A stretch of DNA of 27,195 bases, taken from the IMG/VR virus record IMGVR_UViG_3300032330_001471, positions 1 to 27,195 of that record. The stretch is one strand, 5' to 3'. Origin of the DNA: a virus (taxonomy: Duplodnaviria > Caudoviricetes). The notes beneath the pieces were generated by a model that worked only from the letters and a program-made list of their open reading frames with translations, ran no database searches and had not been told where the DNA came from. Positions 25,379 to 27,195 of this stretch are shown in pieces (positions within the stretch are counted from its first letter, which is position 1; each line of letters begins with the position of its first letter). The position numbers and the translations under genes were made by a program.

Positions 25379-26379
25379 ATTTTCTCCAATAGATACTCAC
25401 CACGAAAAGGTTTTCCTGTTTCAGCGAACATGCTAGCTTTGATCTTACGAGGGACGACCTTTTCCTCGCATTCTTCCCTAAGCCAGTCAGGTAGATGCTG
25501 CGCACGAATTGCTTTGAATGGTTCTGTATATTTTTCCATATTACGATTATCATACCACTTGATTCTATCCCAGCCCATATCCGCATAAACTCCTGGATAC
25601 CGACGACTAAAAAATCCATTCTTGAACTGACACAAACAAGACTCAAGAGTAAACTTTGAAGTATGTAAATTATAACCGTACTCTTCTGTGAACTCACGAA
25701 TAAATTTATCAGCTTTATTTTCCAACATTATGCACGTGTCTTCAAAATATGGATACTTTCCATCGTGTGAGTTTGGCTGGCGCTTATCAAACACCAACTC
25801 ATCTCTACCTAGCAGAAAGAACATGCCATTACGATGCGAACGAGAACCATCAAAGTCATTGAACATTAATGATGTGCAATCTGCTCCGTAACCATTAATT
25901 TGAATATATTCTAAATATGAAAATGTTGAAAGACGACCAAAACTTCTAATGGAATTAGCAACTTCCCAACACTCCATATAAGTTCTACCTGACCAGAGCT
26001 CGACTTGCGGTCTATGGTTGACCAACTCAGCGTAAGAGTAAAGACCGAGCAGAGTATCTTTCTTCTGCTTGTTGCGGTCAGTATCAAAAGAGAGGTTAGC
26101 CCATTCCGCATTGAATATCTCATCAGCTTTTTTCCATTCCGCTTTGCTCATCTCGGGAGAGGGCATAAACTCAAGGATCTTCAGAGAGGTAATAGGGTTT
26201 TGGGTATGACCATTGATTGTAGCAAACCAGAGAGCTGTCTCGTCATCCCAGTCGTAGTATTTTCTGAGCTCAGGTAAATACATATAGACGAGTCCAGGAT
26301 GAATTCTGAAAACTAGATTCAAATTGTAGAGGGACTTGAAATAGTCCATCCTGTTTTCAGGTTTGCGATAGTCAATCAT
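25375..26379 (-). CDS. Amino acid:DNA transferase (aGPT-Pplase2/ADDT family), thymidine hypermodification
   Basis: DYR..ENR, LW....G, F.TD, FGR.S.F.YLE (HhH-like), GSRSHRNG, and LESCLC.FK....RYPG.Y.D. Confidence 0.8.
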   Translation of the reverse strand: MIDYRKPENRMDYFKSLYNLNLVFRIHPGLVYMYLPELRKYYDWDDETALWFATINGHTQNPITSLKILEFMPSPEMSKAEWKKADEIFNAEWANLSFDTDRNKQKKDTLLGLYSYAELVNHRPQVELWSGRTYMECWEVANSIRSFGRLSTFSYLEYIQINGYGADCTSLMFNDFDGSRSHRNGMFFLLGRDELVFDKRQPNSHDGKYPYFEDTCIMLENKADKFIREFTEEYGYNLHTSKFTLESCLCQFKNGFFSRRYPGVYADMGWDRIKWYDNRNMEKYTEPFKAIRAQHLPDWLREECEEKVVPRKIKASMFAETGKPFRGEYLLEKI

Positions 26380-26648
26380 TGACTCACCTGAGAAGCCAAA
26401 CGATTGTCAACTGCGTCAGCGATCTGGTCTAAATCGAGGTCGCCTTCCCATTCACGAACCAGCTTTGAACATTCGCTTCTTTCAATGCGAATTGCAGTCT
26501 TGGTTGTATCAATCGCTACTTTCATAATCTCTGCTTTACCCAGTGCCAGCGCGTCATCAAATTCACTCTGCGTGAACAAGTCAACAGCTCCAGAACCAGA
26601 CAGCAACTGCTTAGCCAATGGGCTTAATTCTTTCTTTTCTTTATTCAT
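26376..26648 (-). CDS. Hypothetical protein (90 aa)
   Basis: Start moved to ATG 26648 (SD AGGAGG); ATGA overlaps. Confidence 0.6.
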   Translation of the reverse strand: MNKEKKELSPLAKQLLSGSGAVDLFTQSEFDDALALGKAEIMKVAIDTTKTAIRIERSECSKLVREWEGDLDLDQIADAVDNRLASQVSQ

Positions 26649-26758
26649 TTCCTGCCTCCTAACCATATCATAAGAACAATAACAAATGTGCCGAGGATTG
26701 TGAAGAATCCTACAATACATGCTGCGAATAAAATACCACCCCAAATTGCTTCAATCAT
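26645..26758 (-). CDS. Small single-TM membrane peptide (37 aa; not in ORF track)
   Basis: MIEAIWGGILFAACIVGFFTILGTFVIVLMIWLGGRK; SD GGAGG; overlaps both neighbours. Confidence 0.55.
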   Translation of the reverse strand: MIEAIWGGILFAACIVGFFTILGTFVIVLMIWLGGRK

Positions 26759-26906
26759 TGCGCTCCTCCAGATTTTTGATTTTGGTTTTCAAACGAATGA
26801 TTTCCCCGTTCATAACGCGAATCTGTTCACGAAGAAGATCAATGGTGTCTTCTCTTTGATCAATGATTCGCAGCAACTGAGCGTTTAAAGGTTCTTGATC
26901 GCTCAT
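26751..26906 (-). CDS. Small coiled-coil protein (51 aa; not in ORF track)
   Basis: MSDQEPLNAQLLRIIDQREDTIDLLREQIR...; ATGA overlap with the upstream gene. Confidence 0.55.
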   Translation of the reverse strand: MSDQEPLNAQLLRIIDQREDTIDLLREQIRVMNGEIIRLKTKIKNLEERND

Positions 26907-27195
26907 AGTTCTTGTGACTTATGAATTACATAATGTGCCAAGATTGGACCATCCATCAATATTCCTTCACGAACTTCAACAATGAAATGCTCTTCAGGAT
27001 TTTTCAATCCATTACGAAACGCATGCGCCATTTGAATCGTAGTAAAACCTCTGCGCACTACGTTTGCACCTTTTGGAGTTGCAGCTACGTCTACCATTCC
27101 TGGTTCTGGTGGATCGTTCAATGCTGCCCAATCAGTCGGAGTGAATTCAGATTCAGGTTTGATCCACTCTTTCGCTTCTTCAATCGCTTCTTCAA
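26903..27195 (-). CDS. Hypothetical protein, 5'-truncated by the window edge
   Basis: The frame stays open from the window end (EEAIEEAKEWIKPESEF...) to the TGA at 26903. Confidence 0.55.
   Translation of the reverse strand, partial: EEAIEEAKEWIKPESEFTPTDWAALNDPPEPGMVDVAATPKGANVVRRGFTTIQMAHAFRNGLKNPEEHFIVEVREGILMDGPILAHYVIHKSQEL

Noticed and set aside
25368-25697. Alternative-frame ORFs nested in large genes (also 1829, 2226, 2736, 5038, 5390, 5992, 6059, 9000, 9552, 14852, 17541, 21007, 23986, 26005 and others)
   Set aside because: They lie within better-supported genes and show no motifs or translation signals.

Overview
This window is about 27 kb of a tailed dsDNA bacteriophage genome with two convergent gene blocks that meet at a cUUCGg intrinsic terminator (~15920-15943). 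The + strand (1-15896) is the late region. It holds Gly-rich/LamG/SPRY tail-fibre-like genes, a lysis cassette (3-TM holin and peptidase M15 endolysin), a head-tail adaptor, a tail nozzle-like protein and four probable ejection proteins. That layout is podovirus-like, and no tape-measure gene is visible. The - strand (15909-27195) is the replication and DNA-metabolism region: RuvC-like resolvase, Cas4-like exonuclease, DUF669 SSB-like protein, AAA_24/Sak4-like ATPase, family B DNA polymerase and DUF3310. It also carries a thymidine hypermodification cluster: dUMP hydroxymethylase, an aGPT-Pplase1/5-hmdU-kinase helical-domain protein, a P-loop kinase and an aGPT-Pplase2 amino acid:DNA transferase. 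Other notable observations are a Lys-to-Arg change in polymerase motif B, a 214-bp gene cassette bounded by 31-bp direct repeats inside the modification cluster, a candidate structured RNA with a loop-E motif, and apparent depletion of GGCC/CCGG. All family calls come from motif recognition by eye; no database searches were run.
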